From the NCBI GenBank assembly GCA_016195665.1, contig JACPZD010000024.1, positions 99,130-163,129 of the forward strand: a DNA stretch of 64,000 nucleotides, read 5' to 3'. How positions within the stretch are numbered: position 1 is the stretch's first letter; every line of letters starts with the position of its first letter. Made by a program: the position numbers and the translations under genes. The notes below the pieces were generated by a model. It was not told the origin of the DNA, made no database searches, and saw only the letters and a program-made list of their open reading frames with translations. This DNA comes from Gammaproteobacteria bacterium. GTDB lineage: Bacteria > Pseudomonadota > Gammaproteobacteria > SURF-13. This document shows, piece by piece, positions 34,897 through 44,016 of the stretch.

Positions 34897-34943
34897 GCGA
34901 TTGAGTAATGGAGAAAAACGAAAATCGCATTTTTCGTTTTTCG
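34880..34943 (+). terminator. two consecutive hairpins after queD: TTACTCAATCGC-attaa-GCGATTGAGTAA, then the AT-rich GAAAAACGAAAA-tcgca-TTTTCGTTTTTC with a U-run
   Basis: Perfect 12-bp stems; the second has the A-stem/T-tail layout of a rho-independent terminator. Confidence 0.5.
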
Positions 34944-35028
34944 TCTCTGAAAAATGTCATGGATGACTTTTTCAGAGTTCCCAAGAAGTCAAACCAAGGC
35001 GGGCGCGCGTCCAAGAGGATACAGCCGT

Positions 35029-35862
35029 ATGAAAATCGCAACCAAGCCGGACAATATTCTCCCCATCGCCGACGTGCAGGGAACCGCGGATACGCGCCGC
35101 ATCGCCATCAACAAGGTGGGCATCAAGGACATCCGTCACCCGGTGCGGGTGCGCGACCGCACCGGCGGCGAGCAGCACACCATCGCCAACTTCAACATGT
35201 ACGTGAACCTGCCGCACAATTTCAAGGGCACGCACATGTCGCGCTTTGTGGAGATCCTCAACAAACACGAACGCGAGATCTCGGTGGCCTCCTTCAAGGA
35301 CATGCTGCACGAAATGACCGAGCTACTGAATGCCGAATCCGGCCACATCGAGATGAGCTTCCCTTATTTTGTGAATAAGGCCGCGCCGGTGTCGGGCGTG
35401 CAGAGCCTGATGGACTACGAGGTGACGTTTACCGGCGAGGTGGTGAATAAAAAAACCGGCCTTACCATCAAGGTACAGGTGCCGGTCACCAGTTTATGCC
35501 CCTGCTCCAAGGAAATCTCCCGCTACGGCGCGCACAACCAGCGCTCGCACGTCACCGTGCAGGTGCGCATACAGGGGTTCGTCTGGATCGAAGAGCTGAT
35601 AGACATGGTCGAAAAACAGGCGTCTTGCGAGCTGTACGGCCTGCTCAAACGCCCCGATGAAAAGTACGTCACCGAACGCGCTTACGACAATCCGAAGTTT
35701 GTGGAAGACATGGTGCGCGACATCGCCGCCGTGTTCAATCAAGATGAACGGATTGAAGCCTATGTGGTGGAATCCGAGAATTTCGAATCCATCCACAACC
35801 ACTCGGCCTATGCGATGATCGAGCGGGATAAGATAGTGGAGGCGGCCGCTTTGCCGCATTAG
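35029..35862 (+). CDS. folE2: GTP cyclohydrolase FolE2 (type IB, MptA family)
   Basis: Starts [39 protein letters not shown]...; [22 protein letters not shown] metal site. The listed ORF 34954 has a 25-aa upstream extension. Confidence 0.9.
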   Translation: MKIATKPDNILPIADVQGTADTRRIAINKVGIKDIRHPVRVRDRTGGEQHTIANFNMYVNLPHNFKGTHMSRFVEILNKHEREISVASFKDMLHEMTELLNAESGHIEMSFPYFVNKAAPVSGVQSLMDYEVTFTGEVVNKKTGLTIKVQVPVTSLCPCSKEISRYGAHNQRSHVTVQVRIQGFVWIEELIDMVEKQASCELYGLLKRPDEKYVTERAYDNPKFVEDMVRDIAAVFNQDERIEAYVVESENFESIHNHSAYAMIERDKIVEAAALPH

Positions 35863-35933
35863 CTGTCGTAGGTCGGTCAAGCCTGTCCTGGGGAAAGATG
35901 CGATAGCCCAGTCCAGTATAGAATACATAAAAG

Positions 35934-36010
35934 ACCTCACCGCGGAGGACGCGGAGAGTAAATTAAATTATCTTTGATCTTACTGCTCTGCGTCCTCTGC
36001 GGTTATATTA
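35934..36010. repeat. family-B palindromic element
   Basis: CCTCACCGCGGAGGACGCGGAGAGTAAATTAAATTATCTTTGATCTTACTGCTCTGCGTCCTCTGCGGTTATATT; between folE2 and the aspartic protease. Confidence 0.8.
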
Positions 36011-36017
36011 AATTAAT

Positions 36018-36659
36018 CTAATTCTTCTTTCGTAATTCCATTATTTTTTCTTTGTGCTGAATCTCCAGTTTTCCCAGGAACGACATACCCAGCAACACCT
36101 CGGTGGGGCTGTCGCCGGCGATGACCGCAGCGTCAACATCGCGTAACTCGATCTCACCGACCTTGACCTTGGCGAGTTTGATCATAAAAGCCTCCGCCAT
36201 GCCTGAGGCGGTGTTCACCGCCGTGCGCTGGCCGTCGAGACGGTAGCTTAGCCCCAGCCGTTTAGCCTCGTTGGCGTTCATGGCGATGAAGGTCGCGCCG
36301 GTATCCAACAGAAAATTCACCGGCAGGCCGTTGATGCTGCCGACCGTGGTGTACATGCCCGCCGGATTGGGATAAACCTGAACGGCGGTGTGTTTGGACG
36401 CGGCGAGTCGAGTGTTGACCTGGCTGCCCAGCGGATAGCTGCGGCGCTTGCCTTCCACCTCCAGCACCGCGCCGTTGCTGCTGGCGGATATGAGGGTGAC
36501 GCCCTCCGGGCTGGTTTGTCCCGGCGCGAGGCTGCGTTGTTTGCCGTTGATGCTGACCACGGCCTTGTCCTTGAACAGCCCCAGCATCATGATGTCACCC
36601 GCCGTCGCCGGCAGGCTGCTGAGCGCAGCCAGTATTCCCGCTATCTTGATAAATCGCAT
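36018..36659 (-). CDS. retropepsin-like (clan AA, TIGR02281-type) aspartic protease with signal peptide
   Basis: 213 aa; signal MRFIKIAGILAALSSLPATA; catalytic LLDTGATFIAM motif. Confidence 0.75.
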   Translation of the reverse strand: MRFIKIAGILAALSSLPATAGDIMMLGLFKDKAVVSINGKQRSLAPGQTSPEGVTLISASSNGAVLEVEGKRRSYPLGSQVNTRLAASKHTAVQVYPNPAGMYTTVGSINGLPVNFLLDTGATFIAMNANEAKRLGLSYRLDGQRTAVNTASGMAEAFMIKLAKVKVGEIELRDVDAAVIAGDSPTEVLLGMSFLGKLEIQHKEKIMELRKKN

Positions 36660-36679
36660 GTCTCTCCCTACGGCTTGTG

Positions 36680-37024
36680 TCAGCCCCGCGAGCCGGCTTC
36701 CTTCTCCAGCTCCTCGATGGCGTCAAGGATAGATACAAATCGCGTGCCAAAGGGGGTCAGTGTGTATTCGACGTGCGGCGGGATTTCGGGAAACTCACTG
36801 CGCCGGAATATCCCGTAGGTGACCAGCTTACGCAGGCGCTGGTTCAACACCTTGGGCGTGAGCCCCTCCACGCTGCGCTCCATCGCGCCGGGCCGATGAA
36901 CTCCTTGGCGCACCAGTTGCAACACCGTCAAGGACCATTTACAGCCGACGACATCCTCGATGATTCTGCTCACGGGCGGTTGTTTCGCGGCAGGCTGCAA
37001 AATTTTTTTAACGTTTGCGTTCAT
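36680..37024 (-). CDS. HxlR-family winged-helix transcriptional regulator
   Basis: 114 aa; CKWSLTVLQLVRQGVHRPGAMERS... is the HxlR/MarR-like DUF24 signature. Confidence 0.8.
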   Translation of the reverse strand: MNANVKKILQPAAKQPPVSRIIEDVVGCKWSLTVLQLVRQGVHRPGAMERSVEGLTPKVLNQRLRKLVTYGIFRRSEFPEIPPHVEYTLTPFGTRFVSILDAIEELEKEAGSRG

Positions 37025-37135
37025 AAAGATGCACCGAAAAGTACCTATCCCACCAAAGAGTGGTTACTTATCACACGGCTCGAAACGGATTATGTTTGCG
37101 GCCTCAAGTTGGTTTATAACCTATAGGAGGACATC

Positions 37136-37579
37136 GTGATGTATAACGTCAAAAGATTCAAGCCGGTGATGCTGCTGCTGGTGCTGAGCGTGGGCCTGGC
37201 GCCTTATGTCTATGCCGCCGGGAGCGCCAGTCTGTATGACCGGCTGGGCGGCAAGAAGGCCATCAAGGCCGTGGTCGCGGAGTTTACGGGTATTGTGGGC
37301 GGCGACCAGCGCATCAATCACTACTTTGCCAAAACCGACCTCACCCATTTTAAGGCCATGATGGTTGACCAGATCTGTGAAGGCAGCGGCGGCCCCTGCA
37401 AGTACAAGGGGCGTGACATGAAGACCACGCACAAGGGCATGGCCATAACCGACGCGGATTTTAACGCCGTGGTCGAGGATCTGGTCAAGGCATTGGATAA
37501 GTTCAAGGTGGCGAAGAAGGAGCAGGACGATCTGTTGGGTATACTCGGCCCTATGAAAGGAGATATTGTAGGTCAATGA
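37136..37579 (+). CDS. group I truncated haemoglobin with N-terminal Sec signal peptide (predicted periplasmic)
   Basis: SLYDRLGGKKAIKAVVAEFTGIVGGDQRINHYFAKTD... HKGMAITDADFNAVVEDLVKAL matches the trHbN fold. A 27-aa hydrophobic leader ends ...YVYA|AG. Confidence 0.8.
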   Translation: MMYNVKRFKPVMLLLVLSVGLAPYVYAAGSASLYDRLGGKKAIKAVVAEFTGIVGGDQRINHYFAKTDLTHFKAMMVDQICEGSGGPCKYKGRDMKTTHKGMAITDADFNAVVEDLVKALDKFKVAKKEQDDLLGILGPMKGDIVGQ

Positions 37580-37585
37580 CGCAGG

Positions 37586-37655
37586 CGCCGGCCGAATAAA
37601 TTCGGCCCTACCCTATGAAGGGCGACATGTCGTAGGGCCGAATTTATTCGGCCGG
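37586..37655. terminator. 25-bp perfect inverted repeat with 20-nt loop; each arm is itself a hairpin (GGCCGAATAAATTCGGCC), giving a cloverleaf-capable bidirectional terminator-like structure
   Basis: GCCGGCCGAATAAATTCGGCCCTAC-(20 nt)-GTAGGGCCGAATTTATTCGGCCGGC starting 7 nt after the trHb stop codon. Confidence 0.6.
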
Positions 37656-37674
37656 CAATGTTATGGAGTCTTGA

Positions 37675-38385
37675 GTGAAACCGCTGCGTATCTTCCGCCA
37701 TTTTCCCACCGAAGGGCCGGGTTATTTCGCGCATTTTCTGGATCAGCGCAAAATCCCGTATGAGCTGATCCGCATTGATGCGGCTGAGGATGTCCCTCCA
37801 CGCCTGGAGGATACTTCCGGCCTGGTCTTCATGGGCGGGCCGATGAGCGTCAACGATGACCTGCCATGGATCAAGCAAGAGCTCGGTCTCATCCGCCGCG
37901 CCGCTGAAGCCGGACTGCCGCTACTGGGGCATTGCCTGGGCGGGCAGCTCATCAGTAAGGCGCTCGGCGGCGAGGTGACTGTCAATCCCGTCAAAGAGAT
38001 CGGCTGGCACCCTGTGCAACGCGTCGAAAATGAGGCGGCACGAGACTGGCTCGGAGATTTGCCTGAACACTTCGAGGTATTTCATTGGCACGGCGAGACG
38101 TTCACATTGCCCGAGGGCGCCGCGCCTATCCTCACCAGCCGCTACTGCGCTCAGCAGGGTTTCGTGGCGGGCAACATCCTCGCCCTGCAGTGCCATGTCG
38201 AGATGACGGCGGAGATGGTGGGCGAATGGGCGCGCGCGGGCGGAAAGGAATTGTTGGCCGGTACGCCGAGTGTGCAGAGCGAAGCGGAGATGGTGCAAGA
38301 CCTGTCCGCCAGGATAGACGCCTTACATAAAGTCGCTGAGGTGTTTTATACGCACTGGTTGCGCTCTTTAGAGCTACCAGTATAA
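37675..38385 (+). CDS. class I glutamine amidotransferase-like protein (GMP-synthase-type GATase1 domain only)
   Basis: 236 aa; catalytic LGHCLGGQL and HVEMT histidine region. Confidence 0.8.
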   Translation: MKPLRIFRHFPTEGPGYFAHFLDQRKIPYELIRIDAAEDVPPRLEDTSGLVFMGGPMSVNDDLPWIKQELGLIRRAAEAGLPLLGHCLGGQLISKALGGEVTVNPVKEIGWHPVQRVENEAARDWLGDLPEHFEVFHWHGETFTLPEGAAPILTSRYCAQQGFVAGNILALQCHVEMTAEMVGEWARAGGKELLAGTPSVQSEAEMVQDLSARIDALHKVAEVFYTHWLRSLELPV

Positions 38386-38625
38386 GTTTCTGTCACATTT
38401 CGCGTGGGCGAGGGGTGTGAGGCGCGCATAAAAAATTTGTTGAGAATGCTGGACATAGGCAAGAAAAGCGTTAAACTCACCTATAGCGGACGTGACCGAC
38501 CGGGCCTATAAGGGTTTCTTCACGGGCGCTTAGTTTGGAGGCAGGCGTTTTGTATGTGCATCATTGTAAGGTGAGAGATACGGTGAGCAGCCTGTTGAGT
38601 TTAACCATAAATAAGAGGTAGTAAC
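38386..38625 (+). promoter_or_regulatory. cspA promoter plus long 5' leader
   Basis: A 240-bp non-coding region precedes a CspA-family gene. Such genes typically carry long regulatory 5' UTRs; no motif was verified here. Confidence 0.3.
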
Positions 38626-38829
38626 ATGAGTCTGGGTACTGTGAAGTGGTTCAATGATAGCAAAGGTTTTGGATTTATCTCACCGAAGGATGGCAGCGAA
38701 GACGTGTTCGTTCACTACTCGGCCATTACCGCCGAGGGTTTTAAGACTCTGACCGAAGGCCAGACCGTCGAGTTCGAAACAACCAAGGGGCCCAAGGGCC
38801 TGCAGGCGACCAACGTAAGGCCCGCCTGA
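38626..38829 (+). CDS. cspA: cold-shock protein (CspA family), preceded by a roughly 240-nt leader
   Basis: 67 aa; [20 protein letters not shown]...[11 protein letters not shown] motifs. Confidence 0.95.
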   Translation: MSLGTVKWFNDSKGFGFISPKDGSEDVFVHYSAITAEGFKTLTEGQTVEFETTKGPKGLQATNVRPA

Positions 38830-38993
38830 TAGTCACAGCACAAGCTTCAATGTGAGGCTTGTGCGCAGGGAAGTAATCCTGCTTTAGCAAGTATCAAGTC
38901 CTGCCTTCCGGGCAGGTACCCGATCTGCTCTCGTCCCGAATCCGGTACCCATGTGCAGGCTGGAGCGTTGACGGATCGTGGGTGCGAATAAAA

Positions 38994-39128
38994 ATGAACG
39001 CTCACCTCAAGACATACCTCACGGCCCTGGTCATTGCTGCACTCACTCTGTGCGCTCAGGCCGGTTGTGGACAGAAGGGCGATTTGTATTTGCCTGAGCA
39101 GCACCCGCAGCCCCAGCAAACCCCTTGA
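38994..39128 (+). CDS. lptM: LptM/YifL-like small lipoprotein (44 aa; below the ORF-track cutoff)
   Basis: MNAHLKTYLTALVIAALTLCAQAGCGQKGDLYLPEQHPQPQQTP parallels E. coli LptM (…LTGCGLKGPLYFP…). It sits immediately upstream of lysA, the conserved lptM location. Confidence 0.6.
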   Translation: MNAHLKTYLTALVIAALTLCAQAGCGQKGDLYLPEQHPQPQQTP

Positions 39129-39135
39129 GTCTTCT

Positions 39136-39270
39136 TTAAGGAAACTCTGAAAAATATATCGCCAACCGCCAAGGCGCCAAGGTCACCAAGAAAAAAGGCT
39201 TGAATTTGTAAAGAAAAGTCTTGGCGTTCTTGGCGTCTTGGCGGTTCAACATGATCAGAGCTTCCTTAAG
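39136..39270. mobile_element. family-A MITE-like element with perfect CTTAAGGAA.CTCTGA / TCAGAGCTTCCTTAAG termini
   Basis: Between lptM and lysA; CTTAAG ends read like target-site or TIR boundaries. Confidence 0.85.
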
Positions 39271-39304
39271 ATTCCTGCCCTCGACCGGTGTGGAATAATC
39301 CCAT

Positions 39305-40600
39305 ATGCAACCCTTCACCTATCGCAATAACCGGCTGTTCGCCGAGGACGTGGATCTTGGAGTCCTCGCCGATCTCTACGGCACGCCGTGTTATGTCTAT
39401 TCGCGCGCGGCGATGGAGGAACGCTGGCGCGCCTTCGATCAGGCGTTTGCCGGGTGCAGGCATCTGGTCTGCTACGCCGTCAAGGCCAACTCCAATCTCG
39501 CCGTGCTCAACCTGCTGGCGCGGCTGGGTTCGGGCTTTGATATCGTCTCGGGCGGAGAGCTGGAGCGTGTCCTGGCTGCGGGGGGCGATCCCGGCAAGGT
39601 GATTTTTTCAGGTGTCGGCAAGACCGGCATGGAGATGCAGCGTGCCCTGGAGGTTGGCATTCTGTGTTTCAACGTCGAGTCCGAGGCCGAACTGGAATGT
39701 CTCAATGAGGTCGCGGGACGCCTGGGACGGCGCGCGCCGGTCTCGCTGCGCGTGAATCCCGATATTGACGCGCGCACTCATCCTTATATCTCCACCGGCC
39801 TCGCCGGAAACAAGTTCGGGATAGACATTACCGCCGCCCATGAGGTCTACCGGCGGGCTGCGGCGATGCAGCACATCGAGGTGCTGGGCGTGGACTGCCA
39901 TATCGGTTCGCAGTTGACCGAAGTCGAGCCTTTTGTGGAGGCTCTTGAGCGGGTATTGTCCCTGGTGGACAGGCTAGAGGATGATGGCATCGCACTCCGC
40001 CATCTGGATCTCGGCGGCGGACTGGGCATCCGGTATTCGGACGAGACGCCGCTGGAGCCCGCGCAATACGCCGCGGCATTGCTTCCGCAACTCAGGAACC
40101 GGGATTATCAAATTTTGATTGAGCCCGGACGCGCCATCGCCGGCAACGCCGGGATCTTGTTGACCCGGGTCGAATATATAAAGCATAGCCGGCACAAGAA
40201 CTTCGTGATCGTGGACGCCGCCACGAACGACCTCATACGGCCCGCCCTGTATAATGCCTACCATGCCATCCGGCCGGTGCAGGAGCGTACCGGCGACGTA
40301 CAGGGACATACTAGTGTCGCGGGAGGCAGGACGCCGGGAGCGACCGAGGCGCAGATCTATGATGTGGTCGGCCCGGTGTGCGAAAGCGGCGATTTTTTGG
40401 GCCGGGATCGCAGCTTGAACGTGCAACGCAACGATCTTCTGGCGATCTTTTCGGCGGGCGCCTATGGTATGAGCATGAGCTCCAATTACAACACCCGCCC
40501 GCGCGCGGCGGAGGTGATCGTGGACGGCGCCCGGCACCACCTTGTGCGCGCACGCGAGACGGTGGTGGAACTGTTTGCGGGCGAAAAACTGTTGCCGTAG
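39305..40600 (+). CDS. lysA: diaminopimelate decarboxylase, carrying the 17-aa in-frame insertion
   Basis: 431 aa; PLP site CYAVKANSN, C-terminal VVGPVCESGDFL; insertion [17 protein letters not shown] just before the conserved YDVVGP. Confidence 0.95.
   Translation: MQPFTYRNNRLFAEDVDLGVLADLYGTPCYVYSRAAMEERWRAFDQAFAGCRHLVCYAVKANSNLAVLNLLARLGSGFDIVSGGELERVLAAGGDPGKVIFSGVGKTGMEMQRALEVGILCFNVESEAELECLNEVAGRLGRRAPVSLRVNPDIDARTHPYISTGLAGNKFGIDITAAHEVYRRAAAMQHIEVLGVDCHIGSQLTEVEPFVEALERVLSLVDRLEDDGIALRHLDLGGGLGIRYSDETPLEPAQYAAALLPQLRNRDYQILIEPGRAIAGNAGILLTRVEYIKHSRHKNFVIVDAATNDLIRPALYNAYHAIRPVQERTGDVQGHTSVAGGRTPGATEAQIYDVVGPVCESGDFLGRDRSLNVQRNDLLAIFSAGAYGMSMSSNYNTRPRAAEVIVDGARHHLVRARETVVELFAGEKLLP
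40294..40344 (+). repeat. 51-nt in-frame coding-embedded element, copy 2 (in lysA)
   Basis: cGACGTACAGGGACATACTAGTGTCGCGGGAGGCAGGACGCCGGGAGCGAC; translated [17 protein letters not shown]. Confidence 0.9.
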
Positions 40601-40648
40601 CAAGCTGTGTTGAATTACGGCCTGCCGCGCCCAATATCAGTAAACATA

Positions 40649-40718
40649 TTCACCGCAGAGGACGCGGAGGAATGTGATTAGGATGATGAATTTCACCTCC
40701 GCGTCCTCTGCGGTGATG
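40649..40718. repeat. family-B palindromic element
   Basis: ATTCACCGCAGAGGACGCGGAGGAATGTGATTAGGATGATGAATTTCACCTCCGCGTCCTCTGCGGTGATG; lysA-hslV spacer. Confidence 0.8.
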
Positions 40719-40756
40719 TTTTTTTCATCGTAGTAAGGCTCAATAGAGGCTAATCA

Positions 40757-41290
40757 GTGGAACAATTTCACGGTACAACCATCCTGTCGGTGCGGCGTAA
40801 CGGCAAGGTCGTCATAGGCGGGGACGGTCAGGTGACCGTGGGCAACACGGTCATGAAGGGCAATGCGCGCAAGGTGCGCAGGCTGTATCACGACCAGGTG
40901 ATTGCCGGCTTTGCCGGCGGCACCGCGGACGCCTTCACGCTGTTCGAGCGTTTTGAGGCCAAGCTGGAAAAACACCAGGGCAATCTCACCCGTTCCGCCG
41001 TCGAGCTCGCCAAGGATTGGCGTACCGACCGCATGCTGCGCCGCCTGGAGGCCTTGCTCGCGGTCGCGGACAAAACCGCCTCGCTCATCATCTCCGGCAA
41101 CGGGGATGTCATCGAGCCCGAGCAGAGCCTGATGGCCATCGGCTCGGGCGGCCAATTCGCCCAGGCGGCGGCGCGCGCGCTGCTCGAGAACACCGATTTC
41201 GACGCCCGCACCATTGTGGAGAAGAGCATGGCGATTGCAGCGGACATCTGCATTTACACCAACCGGAATTTGACGATAGAGGAGTTGTAG
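40757..41290 (+). CDS. hslV: ATP-dependent protease subunit HslV
   Basis: 177 aa, N-terminal catalytic [21 protein letters not shown]. Confidence 0.95.
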   Translation: MEQFHGTTILSVRRNGKVVIGGDGQVTVGNTVMKGNARKVRRLYHDQVIAGFAGGTADAFTLFERFEAKLEKHQGNLTRSAVELAKDWRTDRMLRRLEALLAVADKTASLIISGNGDVIEPEQSLMAIGSGGQFAQAAARALLENTDFDARTIVEKSMAIAADICIYTNRNLTIEEL

Positions 41291-41311
41291 GCCGCTTTGG
41301 TCTATACCGTT

Positions 41312-42652
41312 ATGACGATGCTGACACCTAAGGAAATCGTCCAGGAACTGGACAAACACATCATCGGCCAGGGCGCGGCGAAGCGTGCGGTGGCGATTGC
41401 GCTCCGCAACCGCTGGCGGCGCGGGCAGGTCAGCGAGGACTTGCGCAATGAGATCACGCCCAAGAATATTCTGATGATCGGTCCGACCGGCGTGGGCAAG
41501 ACCGAGGTCGCGCGCCGCCTCGCCAAGCTGGCCAGCGCGCCGTTCATCAAGGTTGAGGCCACCAAATTCACTGAGGTGGGTTACGTGGGGCGTGATGTGG
41601 AATCCATCATCCGCGACCTGCTGGACACCGCCATCAAGATGACGCGCGAGGAAGAAATGAAAAAGGTGCGGCACCGCGCCGAGGAGAGCGCCGAGGAGCG
41701 CATCCTGGATATCCTGCTGCGTCCCGCACGCCAGCCGGCCTTTGTTCCGTCCGATGCGGCGGTGGTTGCGGAAGAGTCGTCTACGCGCCAGACCTTTCGC
41801 AAAAAACTGCGCGAAGGCGAATTCGATGAGCGTGAGATCGAGGTCGAACTCAGCGCCGTTCCCATTGGCGTGGAGATCATGGCGCCGCCCGGCATGGAGG
41901 AGATGACCAGTCAGTTGCAGGGGATGTTTCAAAATCTTGCCGGCAGCCGCACCCGTACCCGCAAGCTGCGCGTCAAGGAGGCTTTTAAATTGCTGACCGA
42001 TGAAGCGGCAGCCAAGCTCATAGATGAAGAGGCCCTCAAGACCCGCGCCATACAAAACGTCGAGCAGAACGGCATCGTATTCATAGACGAGATAGACAAG
42101 ATCACCTCGCGATCGGAACGTATGGGAGCGGATGTCTCGCGCGAAGGCGTGCAGCGCGATCTGTTGCCGCTGGTGGAAGGGAGTACGGTGTCCACCAAGT
42201 ACGGCATGGTCAAGACCGATCATATTCTGTTCATCGCATCGGGCGCGTTTCATCTTTCCAAGCCCTCCGATCTCATCCCCGAATTGCAGGGCCGCCTGCC
42301 GATACGTGTCGAACTGGATGCGCTGGGCGCGCAGGATTTTGTGCGTATTTTGACCGAGCCGGACGCCTCACTTACTGAGCAATACAGCGCGCTGTTGGCG
42401 ACCGAGGGTGTACACTTGAGTTTCACGCCGGACGGCATTTCCCGCCTCGCCGAGATCGCCTGGCAGGTCAACGAGCGCACCGAGAACATCGGCGCACGCC
42501 GGCTGCATACGGTGATGGAGCGTCTGCTGGAGACGATCTCCTTCGGTGCGTCAGAGCAAGCGGGTCAGAGCTTCGAGATCAACGCCGCATACGTGGACGA
42601 ACATCTCCGCGAACTGGCAGAGAATGAGGATTTGAGCAGGTATATACTTTGA
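41312..42652 (+). CDS. hslU: ATP-dependent protease ATPase subunit HslU
   Basis: [20 protein letters not shown]..., Walker [16 protein letters not shown]. Confidence 0.95.
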   Translation: MTMLTPKEIVQELDKHIIGQGAAKRAVAIALRNRWRRGQVSEDLRNEITPKNILMIGPTGVGKTEVARRLAKLASAPFIKVEATKFTEVGYVGRDVESIIRDLLDTAIKMTREEEMKKVRHRAEESAEERILDILLRPARQPAFVPSDAAVVAEESSTRQTFRKKLREGEFDEREIEVELSAVPIGVEIMAPPGMEEMTSQLQGMFQNLAGSRTRTRKLRVKEAFKLLTDEAAAKLIDEEALKTRAIQNVEQNGIVFIDEIDKITSRSERMGADVSREGVQRDLLPLVEGSTVSTKYGMVKTDHILFIASGAFHLSKPSDLIPELQGRLPIRVELDALGAQDFVRILTEPDASLTEQYSALLATEGVHLSFTPDGISRLAEIAWQVNERTENIGARRLHTVMERLLETISFGASEQAGQSFEINAAYVDEHLRELAENEDLSRYIL

Positions 42653-42917
42653 AGGCTGATACAAGAGGAAAGATACAAGATACAAGAGGGATAAAGTTTG
42701 TACTTTTCTCTTGTATCTTTTCTCTTGTATCTGTACCTATGCGCCCCACTGAAATCAAGCTGCACCAAAAATCGCGGATCTGAGCAGGTATATACTTTGA
42801 AGGCTGATACAAGAGGAAAGATACAAGATACAAGAGGGATAAAGTTTTGTACTTTTCTCTTGTATCTTTTCTCTTGTATCTGTATCTATGCGTCCCACTG
42901 AAATTAAACTGCATCAA
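42640..42917 (+). repeat. roughly 138-bp tandem duplication (two units, 42640..42777 and 42778..42917) spanning the hslU 3' end, a GATACAA-heptamer hairpin, and the 5' end of the DUF971 gene
   Basis: Unit sequence TGAGCAGGTATATACTTTGAAGGCTGATACAAGAGGAAAGATACAAGATACAAGAGGGATAAAGTTTGTACTTTTCTCTTGTATCTTTTCTCTTGTATCTGTA.CTATGCG.CCCACTGAAAT.AA.CTGCA.CAAAAATCGCG repeats with about 5 mismatches and 1 indel. The first unit carries a truncated copy [14 protein letters not shown] (42739..42783). Confidence 0.9.
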
Positions 42918-43241
42918 AAATCGCGCATGCTGGAGATCAGCTTCGACGACGGCGCCCGTTTCGATCTGCCCTGCGAGTACCTGCGCGTGTATTCGCCCTC
43001 GGCGGAGGTGCGCGGTCACGGCCCCGGTCAGGAGGTGTTGCAGGTGGGCAAGGAGCAGGTCAACATCAGCGCCATAGACCCGGTCGGCAGCTATGCGGTG
43101 CGCCTGCATTTCGATGACGGCCACAACACGGGGCTTTATTCGTGGGATCTGCTCTATGAGCTCGGTGCACATCGGCAGGAAAAATGGCAGGCCTATCTGG
43201 AACGGCTGCAGCGGGCAGGTCACACGCGCAAAGAAGCATGA
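42888..43241 (+). CDS. DUF971 (gamma-butyrobetaine hydroxylase-like N-terminal domain) protein; first 13 codons are duplicated upstream
   Basis: 117 aa, conserved partner upstream of ubiE. Its start ([13 protein letters not shown]) recurs at 42739..42783 inside the tandem duplication. Confidence 0.7.
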   Translation: MRPTEIKLHQKSRMLEISFDDGARFDLPCEYLRVYSPSAEVRGHGPGQEVLQVGKEQVNISAIDPVGSYAVRLHFDDGHNTGLYSWDLLYELGAHRQEKWQAYLERLQRAGHTRKEA

Positions 43242-43987
43242 GCGAACGAGACACCACCCACTTCGGCTATCAACAAGTCCCCATCGAGGAAAAGGCGGAG
43301 CGGGTCGCCGGTGTGTTCGGATCGGTGGCGGCCAGGTACGACCTGATGAACGATGTCATGTCGTTCGGCATCCATCGCTTGTGGAAACGCTTCACTATTG
43401 ACGTGAGTGGTGTCAGGGCAGGGGAGCGCGTGCTGGATCTCGCCGGTGGTACCGGTGACCTGGCCGCAAAACTCGCGGATCGCGTGGGGATGCAAGGTCA
43501 AGTGATGCTCGCCGACATCAATGCCGCCATGTTGCGGGAAGGGCGTGAGCGGTTGGTGAATCGCGGAGTGGTGGCTAATATTGAATATCTCCAGGCCGAT
43601 GCCGAATGCCTGCCTTTTCCCGATGACTATTTCGACTGTGTCACCATGGCCTTCGGGCTGCGCAATGTGACTCATAAGGAACGCGCCCTGGCTGCGATCT
43701 GCAGGGTGTTGAAGCCGGGCGGCCGTGCGTTGATACTGGAGTTTTCCAAACCCAGCATCCCCGGCCTGCAACCCCTGTATGATCTATACTCGTTCAAGGT
43801 CCTCCCTCTGATGGGCAAACTGATCGCACGCGACGCGGATAGCTACCGCTATCTCGCCGAGTCCATCCGCATGCATCCAAATCAAGAAGCCTTAAAAGCG
43901 ATGATGCAGGGCGCAGGTTTTGAGCGCTGTGATTACTACAATCTGAGTGGCGGCATCGTGGCCTTGCACAAGGGTTATAAGTTCTGA
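43238..43987 (+). CDS. ubiE: ubiquinone/menaquinone biosynthesis C-methyltransferase
   Basis: Start [27 protein letters not shown]...; SAM motif [10 protein letters not shown]; ATGA overlap with the upstream gene. Confidence 0.95.
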   Translation: MSERDTTHFGYQQVPIEEKAERVAGVFGSVAARYDLMNDVMSFGIHRLWKRFTIDVSGVRAGERVLDLAGGTGDLAAKLADRVGMQGQVMLADINAAMLREGRERLVNRGVVANIEYLQADAECLPFPDDYFDCVTMAFGLRNVTHKERALAAICRVLKPGGRALILEFSKPSIPGLQPLYDLYSFKVLPLMGKLIARDADSYRYLAESIRMHPNQEALKAMMQGAGFERCDYYNLSGGIVALHKGYKF

Positions 43988-44016
43988 GTCCCACTGCCCG
44001 AACCTACCCAACACGC

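Noticed and set aside
38830-38993. Possible small RNA or tRNA in the cspA-lptM spacer (hairpins CACAAGC...GCTTGTG and CCTGCC..GGGCAGG)
   Set aside because: No tRNA cloverleaf or conserved ncRNA motif could be recognised by eye. Most likely these are cspA terminator or stability hairpins, but a sRNA is not excluded; this was left uncalled.
40754-42253. 499-aa minus-strand ORF
   Set aside because: Antisense to the clearly identified hslV and hslU genes; its composition is the R/A/G/L-rich pattern of a GC-rich shadow frame.
42660-42900. Possible CRISPR array (regular short direct repeats CAAGATA / GATACAAGA)
   Set aside because: The repeat units are 7-nt heptamers arranged as inverted arrays with no unique spacers of 25-40 nt. 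This is not CRISPR-like, and no cas genes are nearby.
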